Positions 51,836 through 62,921 of a stretch of DNA of 64,000 nucleotides are shown in pieces (position 1 is the stretch's first letter; every line of letters begins with the position of its first letter). The DNA comes from Microthyrium microscopicum. Taxonomy: Eukaryota. The DNA lies in NCBI GenBank assembly GCA_010405405.1, contig MU004239.1, positions 372,001 to 436,000 on the forward strand. Reading direction: 5' to 3'. The notes under the pieces were generated by a model. The model saw only the letters and a list, made by a program, of their open reading frames with translations, was not told the DNA's origin and made no database searches. A program made the translations under genes and the position numbers.

Positions 51836-52629
51836 TCTCCTATCAGGCTGAGCGATTGGTCTTTGAATGTGGTACTCCTGTTTTGCTTCGATGGTGTCTT
51901 ATTTTCCTTCAATACATCATAGCAGGCTAGCAAGCTATCCAATCTTATGATTTTGTCCGATATTTCGCTTCCCTAGTCGTGCTCTGTGACTTTGACATAG
52001 ATACGAAAAAAGTACTGTCATTCGAATGTGGTAAAATATGGCCTGTTTGTATAATGTCCACCAACCAAATGGTCTGAGAGGCTTGGTTCTACTGGTAATG
52101 TGATCGTACGTTTTAACAAGTTAAATCGTACATATTTTGGTGAATTCATTGTATTCTCGCTGAACAACTCAACAGTGTTTATATCTATACTGACGGACGT
52201 CTATTACTATTAGGATCAGCATTTCTAACTTACAACACACACGATAAATATATCAATCAGAGTCGTATCGTTTATATACAAATCAGCAAGGTCTCGTCCC
52301 CATAGTTCAGAAGAGAACACAAATCGTGATATAAATCAACTGCTAGTTGCTGGGTCCGCCAAGTTGCGCCGCCGTACCTCACTTTTATACGTATGGCTTT
52401 ACTAGGCCACCAATCTGTCTTGCCAGTAAGACTGGGAATCCTCCTAACAAAAAAGATAATATCATTAGCCGTGTTCTGAAACAGCCAAACTGGTGACATC
52501 AAAACGATCTCGCCAGCCTGCGTAAAAATAATGGAGCTTGAAGGTTTCAGCATTGTACTTGTAATCTTCATATAGCGCTCCCTTACTATGCAGGTAGTCC
52601 AGCGGCAGAATTTGAACAGCACATATGAT

Positions 52630-52637
52630 AAAAAAAA
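52630..52637 (-). terminator. RNA polymerase III oligo(dT) terminator of the tRNA gene
   Basis: T8 run on the minus strand 16 nt after the discriminator base. Confidence 0.7.
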
Positions 52638-52653
52638 TCGTATCACGTTGAAG

Positions 52654-52800
52654 GGGCTTTTCCGGGATTTGAACCCGGGACCTCACACAATTCTGTTCAA
52701 CAGAGGGGGCAATAACCCGAAGCATGAATCATACCACTAGACTCAAAGGGAGTTAGAAAAAGTGGTTGAAATTGAAAGTAATTTACTTACCCAAAAAGCC
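52654..52800 (-). tRNA. tRNA-Pro(CGG) interrupted by a spliceosomal-type intron (52742-52790) and a canonical tRNA intron (52690-52715)
   Basis: Joined exons read GGCTTTT TG GTCTAGTGGTATGAT T CATGC TT CGG G/T GTGTG AGGTC CCGGG TTCAAAT CCCGG AAAAGCC C: 7/7 acceptor stem, Pro-type D arm, intact B box, C73. Confidence 0.85.
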
Positions 52801-53226
52801 GGCAAGTTAGCTCGAAAATGCTTCATTTTTGTATATAACCCACATGATAAATGTAAATTTTCGCCACACTTTTCTCGCACTCAATTCACACATTATCTTT
52901 CCACATGCACTTTTTTTACTTTCATGTTACACAAAAGTCAAAATTCTCCCTTCTTGCTTGATTTGAATCAACAATAGAGATATGATGCTGTTGAACTCAC
53001 TTGCTACATGTTGACTGTTGACACACCCGCCTTGGCCAGGAGCCCTTCTCGAAGGGGTGATAAACGCAAGCAAGGACCGCTGTAAATGTACGACTTAGTC
53101 ACTGATGATAACAAGAGGGAATCAGTCTGACTCTGGAGTCGTTCTTGGTTCACTGAGATGTTTTCATGTTATGGTTAAGTACAAGATGTATGTCTATAAT
53201 ATTGTCCACACATTCGCATTCATCCA

Positions 53227-55168
53227 TCAGGAGGCAAACCGGAAGTCGAGCCTCTTGTTACCCTTATCAGTAGTAGTATTCAGGTAATGCAATCTCTGCT
53301 CCTTGCTCATACTGTTCCATCGTTTATCACGAACATTATTTCGCCACTCGTAGTAGGCTTTGGATGCAACAAAGAGGCAAAGATTCCAGGCGACTATACC
53401 CAGAAGAACCTTGTTACCTTTGTAGTAATAAGGCTTGTCATCAGTACGGTATATCTGGGAGCTGATGATATTGGATGTCTGCACCGTCATGTTGTATAAT
53501 GACGACGCCACTGTGCGGGTGCGTACTGTGCCGGCGTTGCGCGAAGCAAGTGCAACAAGCACAGCGTGAGCATAAGGATAACCAATGATGAGCGTACTAA
53601 TCACCCATTTTGCCCAGTTGGAGCCTGGGAACGTTTTGGGTAAGACTTCGAGGGCGATAAGCAGTGGTAGAACCCATATTTGCGAAATGATGCCGATGAG
53701 CATACGCTGATTAACCTTTTCAGAGAACCAAGTCCAAAAAAGTAGCTGGATAATGAATAGAACGTAAGCAGGAATGGTTAGGAGGTTGGTTTCAAAGGTG
53801 CTGAAACCGAGAGCCTTGCATGTGAGCGTAATGTAAGTCGTCTCTGGTGTCATTGGGATGGTCCAAGTAAGTCCAAGTAGATATATGGGCCCTGGAGTTT
53901 GTTAGTGTGAGGTCAAAAGAAGTCCAAGAAACGTTGCTGCGTTCATGTGATGAGGCTAAGAAATGTTCTTAGAAAGGGGAAGCTTACACATATCGAAATC
54001 AGTGAACGAATCCCACAAAGCACGGAAATTCAGGCCTTGTCGATTATGCATCGTTGCTTTGCCAGGATCGTCCTTCAGAATGCGAGTCACAAGGATGTAT
54101 TCCTCTCGTTCTGTGAACCAGCCATGCTCGGGTCGGAGGGCTCCTTTGATGCCGTGTCGACTCGTTTGAGTCGGTGACGCTGGAAGGTACAGCCAGGTCA
54201 AGATGCCAATAAGTGCCGTTATAGAACCCTCGATAGCAAACACATATCTCCAACCAGCTTTTAGAGCCGTGTCTGGTCCGCGAATGTGTAAAAGTCCAAA
54301 GGCCAGAAAAGCGCCAATGATCGATGTTCCTTGATACGCCGTCCAGAACCAAGATAGACGCTTGGGTAATTCAGCGTTTTTGTAGTAGTATGACAGATAT
54401 AGAATGACATCCGGAATGAAGCCGCCTTCCATCAAGCCGAGTAAAAAGCGGGTAATGTAAAACGTTGTGCGGCCAGTGATGCGAGCTTGACTGGCAGCAA
54501 CAATACTCCATGCTAACATCTGGATAGGTATCCAGACATCCGGACCAACTTTCTTGCTAATAAGCTGAGATGGTAGTTCTGCAAATAAAAATGCGCAATA
54601 GAAGATAGTCATTCCATTGTTGTAGTCGTTTGTCGTCATCTTCAAGTCCGCTGCATAGAGTCAGTATATATGAACAATGGTCGAGGCAGTACTTACTCAG
54701 TAAAGTGTCGGACAGAGCTTGAGTGATGTTACCGCGATCAAGCTGGAGTGCAAAGAACATTATACAAGCTGGCAAAGCAATTCGCCAATCAAGCTTCAAA
54801 ACTGTTAGTGTAAGATCCCTCGCGAATGCGAAAGCACTTACAGTTCGAACCAGTTTCCTTTCCTCTTCGTCAGTCCAAGTCATGGAAGGATCGAATCGAT
54901 GAGCGCCTTCATAACCTTCAGTTGGTTTGTAGATATCTTTCGCTTCTTCAGTCTCATAGAGACCGTGCGAGTCTTCACTGGCAGTAAGACTTTCTGAGCT
55001 GGTCGTTGATTTTGACGTTTTTGGATATCCAGAGTCTACAGAAACAAATGCCTGATCTTTCCCTCCCAGCTTCAACCAAGCGCGCCTCTTCACTGGTTGA
55101 TTGTCAACGGCTGGGAACACCTTCTCGTCCACATCCTTGATGTCCGCAGAATGCGATCCCTTGGACAT
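53227..55168 (-). CDS. MFS transporter, allantoate permease (ACS/Dal5) family
   Basis: KLDWRIALPACIMFFALQLDRGNI, ELPSQLISKKVGPDVWIP, RFLLGLMEGGFIPD, GWRYVFAIEG, C-terminal GNKRLDFRFA; three introns. Confidence 0.92.
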
Positions 55169-57174
55169 GGTGATAACAATTGGATCAACAATAACACAAT
55201 AGTGACTTGTTTTCAAGGCAGTATTGAGGGAGATATCCCCCTACATATATGGCTACCAGGTTTTACGAAGTTCCCCAAAAGAACATGCATCGCTAAGGCT
55301 CGGGAATACTTTCGAAGCGTACTATTGGTCCCGGACTTGGGGTTGACGCGTGCTCTCTGCAAAATCTGGAATCATTGCGAATCCGAAGGCTTTAATGTCG
55401 TGATATAAAATCAGATCATCGCCAAGGGCAATGATGATCAAGCATTGGCTCTTGTCAAGTTGGGGGAACATGCTCGCAGCTTCAACGCTTCTTGATGCAA
55501 CCAAGTAGGCGGGTCGTCTGCCAGAAAGGCGGCCGAATAAGAGCTAGGACACATCTTTAGGCCAGTATCGTGCGAGGCGGCTTATTTCTCATAACGAGGC
55601 TGTATGAGGTGACAAGTCGTCAAGTTGTCGCTTGGAGAAGGAGGTTAGCTTGGTTTGTTCCAGACACTGAACCAGTCAAAGGCCGATATTCACGATTTCA
55701 AGATAAAAAAAACTGGAGATTGTCAGCGATTCGGTTGATAAATAGCTTTATTATTGTCAAACGGTGCAGTATTTGCGTGGGTGAAATCAACATAATAATG
55801 TACTCATCCAGGGAATTGATTGCGTGCTTGAGCCGTCAGGACTCCGAATTGTTTTACTTCTCGGCTCGACTCGACAGCATTCAACGCTGAAGTATTCTAC
55901 TGTTAGCTGAATTACATATAACTGAGCCTGATGGAGATAGATATCAGATCCAATAGACATGTAACTTCCAGATATGGGTTGATGTGGCTCTCATCTTGAA
56001 AGTCATGCCGTTAACCATAATGTCGGGAATATGAGAACAATGCCTGGCATTTTGCATGACAGTGTCGATTTCAATGAATGCGCCTCTAACACGTGCGAGA
56101 CGATTATGCTCTTGCCGCGAACTGACAAAGCAACTGGCAAAACAGCTGGCATACTTCCGTTAATGGCGATAGCTGGCACCAGCTGTTCTGACATGATGGT
56201 TCTTCATGTTCGATCAAAGTTGGTCAACCATTAAGCTATAAGCGCCCTATATGGCATATAAAGCTTTCCATGCCAACGCGCAGTAGGAGGTAAGTAGCAT
56301 TGTTGACGGGAGTAAGCCGGTTATTTCGATCACCTCTGAACTGGTTACCTTGGATGCGATCATGTGGCTGATTGAGTTGAATCGAAGGCTCGGGAAGCCT
56401 CCAGGTATACAGAAGCAGGATTCCAGTCCCATGGTCTCGGAAAACACGATATACCAAACTAGAACGACGCTGCTCAAAGTTTATGAGGGCCGTGCCGCAG
56501 TCTCGACTTGCCAGATGACAGCGAAGCATTTGTAGAAACCAACAGCTTGGGAGCCGGTCCGCATAGCTTAATAGCTTTAAGCTCATAACTTCGAGTACAG
56601 TAAAGTGGTTGTTGAGATCTCGTCATGGCCTGATTGGCGAAGCTTGACTGTTGTGTTGGCAATTCATCGGCTGTAGACAGTGTAGACCAAGTAGTACCTC
56701 GCAGATTCTCAGCGCTTTCAAGATTCTCTACATTGCATCTGAAGATCATAGGCAAACTGTAATGCTTCAAAGCTAATGGAACCAGCAGTGTGGTCGAGAA
56801 TGATGATGGAGCTTTCCAATGCATCTCGATTCAAATCAGAATCTGCGCGGGAGGTCAATTCAAGTAAGAGTGGCGCAGCATTATTATGCACCGCCACGTT
56901 TGCCTCTGCCTTAACGTCGAATGATTTCAACCTGTAAATCTTCGTCATCCTAGGACGGGCATACCGAACCACATGGAACCAGGGACATGTTTGCATTAAG
57001 CAGGATCTCTGTATTTAATTTTATCACGGAGAAGCCTTCAAGACACTGACAACACACAGTGGCCTTGTGATACTCCTCAGTTAGCCTCAAGGACAACTGC
57101 AGGACTGATGGGCAAACAAGAGCTAGGATAATTGATGCAGCGCGGCTCAGATCTGACGGTTCTAACAACATGTC

Positions 57175-59334
57175 ATGGCAGCTCCTAGCAACTTGAAAGT
57201 CATCGCACTCATATCAGGTGGGAAAGACTCCCTCTTCTCCATCCTCCACTGCCTAGCAAATGGACATGAAGTTGTAGCTTTAGGTAACCTATATCCCGCG
57301 CAAGTCGTGCAAGATGAAAAAGGCCACCAATTCGAAAATGAGCTCGACACAGATAGCTATATGTACCAAACCGTCGGTCATTCTGTCATCAAACACTACG
57401 AAGACGCTTTAGGTATTGCACTCTATCGTAGAGCACTATCAGGCTCTGCCGTCGACAAATCGCTCAACTACAGTCCCAATGGCACGGCTAAAAAAGGAGA
57501 CGAGGCCGAAGATTTGTTTCTTCTGCTACAGGATATCCAGCAGAAACATCCGGATGCAAATGCTGTAAGCACTGGGGCTATTCTATCAACATATCAACGG
57601 ATGCGAGTCGAGTCTGTAGCTATACGGCTAAAGCTTACTCCACTGTCTTTCCTGTGGCAATATCCGTACCTATCGCCCCATCGAGATGCTAGTCTGCTTG
57701 AAGATATGCATACGGTTGCTCAAGATGCACGCATCATCAAGGTAGCTTCTGGTGGTCTTGATGAGACATTCTTGAATAAGCTTGTTAGCGATCCTCGGAC
57801 AGTAGCACGCATCGTTAACAAGATTCGCTTTTACGATCCCGCTGTTGGAGCTGTATTAGGCGAAGGTGGTGAGTATGAGACGCTGGCCTTTGGTGGCCCA
57901 AGGCCGTTGTGGCGGAAGAAGATTGTTTTTGCGTCAACGAATGTACTTGCATCTGAAGGTGGTAGCTTTGCATTGCATCTCGAGGACTCAAGGACGGTGG
58001 AATATCAGCCCGAAGATGAGCACGGAGATATCAGCCAGCTTCGAATACCTCCGTTGCTGGATGCCGAATTTGAGTACCTAGCTAAGGAGGCTTTCTCTCC
58101 TCCCGCAAAGTCAATGAAAGTCTCCAGGCCGGCAGGAATTCTAAATATGGGAACATCTACAGGTCGCTTAACAAACATTCAGATGCCTGGTGAATCAGCA
58201 GAAGAACAAATGCGAGCGATCGCCAATGTCGTTGATTCGAAGGGAGTCATAGCTACAACTTTGCTGCTTCGGAATATGTCCGATTTTCAGGCAGTGAACT
58301 CGATATATGGTCAGATATTCACAGCATCTCTCCCTCCCTCTCGAGTCACAATCGCCACTGGGGATTTGCTCCCTGAGGGATGCCTTGTATCATTTAGCGC
58401 AAACCGCTTCCGCGATACTATATATTCACGATCCGGCCTCCACGTACAGAGTAGAAGCTATTGGGCACCTGCAAATATCGGACCATACTCACAAGCCATA
58501 TGCGAGCCACTCTATAGTCGAAGCGATGCATCAATAACCTCAAATATTGTGCACGTTGCTGGGCAGATCCCGCTTGTACCATCTTCCATGGAAGTGCTCA
58601 CACTCACACAAATACGGACTATGGATCCTTCCGCCGAAGCGTCAACACTCACAGACCACTCCGTTGCGCTAGCTCTACAGCATCTATGGCGCATCGGTCG
58701 TGCAACCAACGTAACCGCATGGACAGGCGGAATCGTCTTCATCAACGCGAAATGCGGACCTGGGGCAATCGAAGCCTTTGCACACAAGGCATTGCGACAG
58801 TGGCAGGCAATACATACGCTGAGTCTGGATCAACAACGTGACAAGGAAGAGGATGAGATTCCTGATCGGGGACTCAACGATATTACGCTTCAGCGTCCAT
58901 CGTCTACGGATACTCGGTCTCCTCTGCCGAATGCCGGGTGTATAAATTCACTAGATGATATCCCTCCTGCGTACGCGCTGCTTGTGGCGGATCTGCCGCG
59001 AGGGGCGCCCGTTGAGTGGTGGAGCATGGGTTTTGCATCGAAGCGCTTGGATTGGCGGTCGGAGAACATGGGCCTTGGTGTCAATGGGCATACTACGACA
59101 TGTAGAGTGAGTGGGACGGTGATTCAATGGCTGGGCTTCGAACGAATGAAGGATGTTGAGACAGTCGCGGAGTTGATCAAGGGTGAGGGCCTGGTGCTTC
59201 GATTGTATGCGACGGTACGTTTGCCAGATTGGCTGGCAGACTTGGGTCCGCTGGTAGTGCCGTGCAATGGTATCTGGGATGAGAGAGAACAAGATCTAGA
59301 AGCAGTAATGGTTGCTGTTAAATATGGCAGTTGA
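57175..59334 (+). CDS. DPH6: Diphthine--ammonia ligase with C-terminal YjgF/RidA-like domains
   Basis: ALISGGKDS PP-loop, DSYMYQTVGH, GAILSTYQRMRVE, GEGGEYET, LHVQSRSYWAPANIGPYSQA, LPRGAPVEW; single exon. Confidence 0.93.
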   Translation: MAAPSNLKVIALISGGKDSLFSILHCLANGHEVVALGNLYPAQVVQDEKGHQFENELDTDSYMYQTVGHSVIKHYEDALGIALYRRALSGSAVDKSLNYSPNGTAKKGDEAEDLFLLLQDIQQKHPDANAVSTGAILSTYQRMRVESVAIRLKLTPLSFLWQYPYLSPHRDASLLEDMHTVAQDARIIKVASGGLDETFLNKLVSDPRTVARIVNKIRFYDPAVGAVLGEGGEYETLAFGGPRPLWRKKIVFASTNVLASEGGSFALHLEDSRTVEYQPEDEHGDISQLRIPPLLDAEFEYLAKEAFSPPAKSMKVSRPAGILNMGTSTGRLTNIQMPGESAEEQMRAIANVVDSKGVIATTLLLRNMSDFQAVNSIYGQIFTASLPPSRVTIATGDLLPEGCLVSFSANRFRDTIYSRSGLHVQSRSYWAPANIGPYSQAICEPLYSRSDASITSNIVHVAGQIPLVPSSMEVLTLTQIRTMDPSAEASTLTDHSVALALQHLWRIGRATNVTAWTGGIVFINAKCGPGAIEAFAHKALRQWQAIHTLSLDQQRDKEEDEIPDRGLNDITLQRPSSTDTRSPLPNAGCINSLDDIPPAYALLVADLPRGAPVEWWSMGFASKRLDWRSENMGLGVNGHTTTCRVSGTVIQWLGFERMKDVETVAELIKGEGLVLRLYATVRLPDWLADLGPLVVPCNGIWDEREQDLEAVMVAVKYGS

Positions 59335-59741
59335 TGCGCATTTCGCGCGATTGGACCTGAGGCTCTAGATCGGAGATAAAGTTTTCCATCAGCTAGCTTA
59401 AACCCGAAGTCAGAGAAACAAAAAAGAGACGGGTGTCCAGCTGAATTCTCTGGTAAATGCCACGTACTAATTACCGAATCTTTTCTACACACAACCAAAC
59501 TTACTGTCTCCTGAATTCTGGAGTGCAAGCACATAAATATTGTAGAGTTGTCGATCCAACTTGACAACGCACAGACAGTCGAGCAAGCTCTATGCATGCG
59601 TAGCTCCTTCCCCAGACTCTGACCGACCTGCTAGCAAATTGCTTAAGCAACCCCATAAGTTCTTCTACTTCTAACACGAAGTGCGATTTACTCTCGCAAC
59701 TATACATCTCCAGTCATTCCCACCCTATTCCAGCAGACATC

Positions 59742-60486
59742 ATGAGCAGCGGCGCCGCACCAGAACGGAAGTACGTCTTCCCTACCTCCCTCCTCAGTGT
59801 CCAGCCCGACTAACAATTTTCTCTCACAGCATGGCCTGGCGTCGCTCTGGCCAACCCAGTGGCCCACGACAACCTCCTCCAGGAGCCGACGGCCAAGGCA
59901 CTACTCCTCGCGATCGCACCAATACTCCAAATCAGCGCGGCAACCAGGGAAATGCGCGCGGTGGGCGCTCGGCGTCGAGAAATAACGTGCAACTTCCAGC
60001 TCAGGCACAAGCTCAAGCACAAGTCCAACCTCCTACTGTCGAGAAAACACAGGGATCGGCCAACGTTTCTAATGGTGATGAGATTAGACAGGCGATGAAG
60101 AAATGTGGGTCGGCAGCTCCTCGAAAAGGGGGATAGTCTTGCTGATGTCAACGTAGCGTACACAGCAACAGTGGCCGCAAGTGGACATGGTAAGCAGATC
60201 AGTACGAAAGTTGTAGGGCGGTATACTGATGGATTATAGGCGAGAAGGCGTTACAGGTCAAAAAGGGCGATTCCGGCGCCAATAGAGGTTCTGCGCCTTG
60301 GGGTAGTGCCCCACGACGTGAGTAGCTACACAATCGTTGGAATATTGACCTCTGCTAACAGCCGCAGCGAACCTCATGGCGAACGGACAGAACTTCTGGA
60401 CGGAGTTGGTTAAGCAGGTTAAGGTACTAGAGGATGGCGGAAAGCCATCGACGACCAAGGGCGAGGGCGGACGCAAGGGGAAGTGA
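59742..60486 (+). CDS. Small fungal hypothetical protein, Gly/Arg/Gln-rich, 5 exons
   Basis: GT-AG introns join MSSGAAPERNMAWRR...GDEIRQAMKK...APWGSAPRPNLMANGQNFWTELVKQVKVLE...KGK*. Confidence 0.7.
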
Positions 60487-61348
60487 ACAGGCGGGTGTTG
60501 CATAGCATCGGCAGTGCGTTTGTAGGCTTAGAGACTGGATCAGTCTCTGCATGATTGCCGGAAAGTCATAGCAATGTGTTTGTATTAGCGGGCGTTCTCA
60601 TGGGACATTAAGAGAGAATGTCGGCAGCATGTTCATTTTCGGGATACTCGTATATAAAAGCAAAAGTTGCATGGATAATAGCTATTATCACAAGTACGCG
60701 GCAACAACCGTCGATATTGTTACTGTTGTCAAGCGAAACCAAAGATTTGTTTTTCGACACAGGAGTAATAGTAGAAGAAATATAGGCCCAGCATGTTCAA
60801 TATCAAATATACTATGTATCGGCGTCTGGGATTGGCAGGAGGTGAACCGGGGGTGCCTGCTGTGCCAACGAGGTCGCACCTGCCCTGATCTCGCGAATGG
60901 TGATACCTTCTTTTCTACATCTCTTACTACTCTCAACTGCTTTAGAAAACCACAAATTCTGCTCGTTTTCTCCTACCGCTCCTCTACCTCCAGAAGACCG
61001 TCGAAATTTCGGAGATGATCTGAAATGTTAATGTGGAGATTTTGGTTCCGGTCCCTTAAGCAGTGACAGCCGTTTTCCACGTGGCGCAGGGCTGACATAT
61101 GATTTCCACCACCCTCTTACCTACCAACATACCAACAACCAGCCAAACACCACCTTCTCCCTCCTCTGTCTATATCTCGCAAACCGTACCATTCGCGCCC
61201 TATAAATAATTATCCTTCGTTTCGAATAGTCTCCGCACAATTGCCTGTCTAACTACCTTCAAACTCCCCGGGCACTCGTCGAGGACTCGAAAGATCCGAT
61301 CCCGCCACACTTCTCGTGTTGTTAATTCCACCTTACTACAAGGCCACC

Positions 61349-62497
61349 ATGGCATCTCCTCCTATAACACCTATCTATTCACGCCGCCAATCCGCCGAAT
61401 ACTTCAACAGCTCGCCTGCTGCCCGGACACATTCGCGCCGAAGCTCTGCTGCTTACTCGCCAGCCCACTCGCGCATGGGAAGTTCGTATGGCGGCGACAA
61501 TTTAGCCAATGAGTTGGGAAACTTTGGCGAAAGCCTGGCTGACGAATTGGACGGCTGGGACGAGGACGAAGAACAAGAGGACGAGGACGAGGAAGAGCTT
61601 GTAGAACAAGAGCGCGATTCTGGCATTGATGTGACATCCAACGATAGCCCGGAACAGCAGAACAAGAGATCTAGCCAGAGTCTCCTGTCCGTTGCAGTAC
61701 GTGGCCACCGTCGTAAAGGTAGTGAATATGACGGCAGCGAGTATGGAAGTGAGAGCGACTTTGAAGAAGCACAGCTCATGAGCGCTAGCCTGGAAGCGCG
61801 GCTTGCTGCCATTGAAAGTCTAGCGAGACGAGGCACTGGTGACGTTGTAGGGCAAGAGAGCGTGATAGGACGCGCTACAACGCAACTACAAGATCTGGGC
61901 GCACAAGCTGGCATTGAAAGCGGTTCTACTCGGTACATCCATCCTGTTGTCTCCCTGTCAACCACCACTAACTGAGTCTTTAGATTAAACACTTCCTACA
62001 TCGCCATCTCTACTCACCTTACGCATCAAACTCGCCTCTTTCAACAACTTACTGCCACTCTCCTCTCGCCTCTCGCACCCTCGCTTCCCCCAGATATAAT
62101 CGATGAAATCATACCCGCGATAGACACTACGCTCGCCCTCCTTCCCTCATTAACACCAAATGCTGCAGCCTCGGCTGGCCTACATGCGCTTTCTGACAGC
62201 ACAACTGCGCTGGTTGACGCCCTCTCAGCCATTGCAGACAGCCTACACATGATGCGCCAAACCTCCGGCTCAGCGACTCGACGATTGCGCGCCGTTCGTG
62301 ATGCGCTACGCGAATGGCGCCTGGAAGACGGTGTACGGGAAGAAGGCGTACGATGGATTGAGCAGGGCAACTGGGACGGACGATTGAAAGAGCGGGAGTG
62401 TGCGCGCGTCTGCCGTGAGGTATTAGGCGGATTTGAAGAGACGTGTGATTTATGGCGGCAACGACTACTGGCGAAGCAGGGCGCTGCAGTAGGATGA
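61349..62497 (+). CDS. Fungal hypothetical protein (acidic N-terminus, helical C-terminus)
   Basis: GCCACCATGG start; NLANELG...SLADEL, LQDLGAQAGIESGSTRL, WIEQGNWDGRLKERECARVCREVLGGFEETC; one intron near 61933-61983. Confidence 0.8.
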
Positions 62498-62921
62498 AAA
62501 AAACCGCATCACATGGAGAGCGATATGCTCGAAATCGAAGTTGGATATATACTCCTAGACAGGTGCCATATATCCGCCTGGCCCTTGTGGTTATAACGAA
62601 GACGACGCGATAGACATGATACGACCTATAAATACGTGTCTACGGATTATTGATAGACCTTATTACCAGCATATTTGTACACAGCAGCATACATAACTAG
62701 ACGTCTTAATAGCGCTTGATTTTGGATATTTGATAGACGGAAGGACTCGCTAGCAGATTACCTCATAGATCATCATGAGATACATTATCCTACATCGTAC
62801 CACCCTGTTTTACGGCTCTCATAGAATTAACTCTTTGATATCTCACGGAGACGTAGGTAAATCTGAAGATGTCTTGAACGGTTTCTCTCTAATATGATCT
62901 TCTTAGCGGCTCTATATGGCG

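Noticed and set aside
52198..52228. Resemblance to U3 snoRNA box A (AGGATCA..TTTCTA)
   Set aside because: There is an insertion inside the motif and no boxes C', B, C or D in the right arrangement.
52654..52750. Reading the tRNA as an ordinary 5'-degenerate pseudogene
   Set aside because: The exact complementary 5' acceptor strand plus U8-G9-G10 lies 49 nt upstream, bounded by GTAAGT and CTAAC...AG, which random decay is unlikely to produce. Not formally excluded without transcript data.
55570..57171. Short ORFs between the MFS gene and DPH6
   Set aside because: No domain similarity or coherent exon chain; treated as a divergent intergenic region.
2124..59334. DPH4 and DPH6 (same diphthamide pathway) in one window, as a gene cluster
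   Set aside because: They are about 55 kb apart with roughly 20 unrelated genes between; coincidence is the simpler explanation unless synteny shows otherwise.
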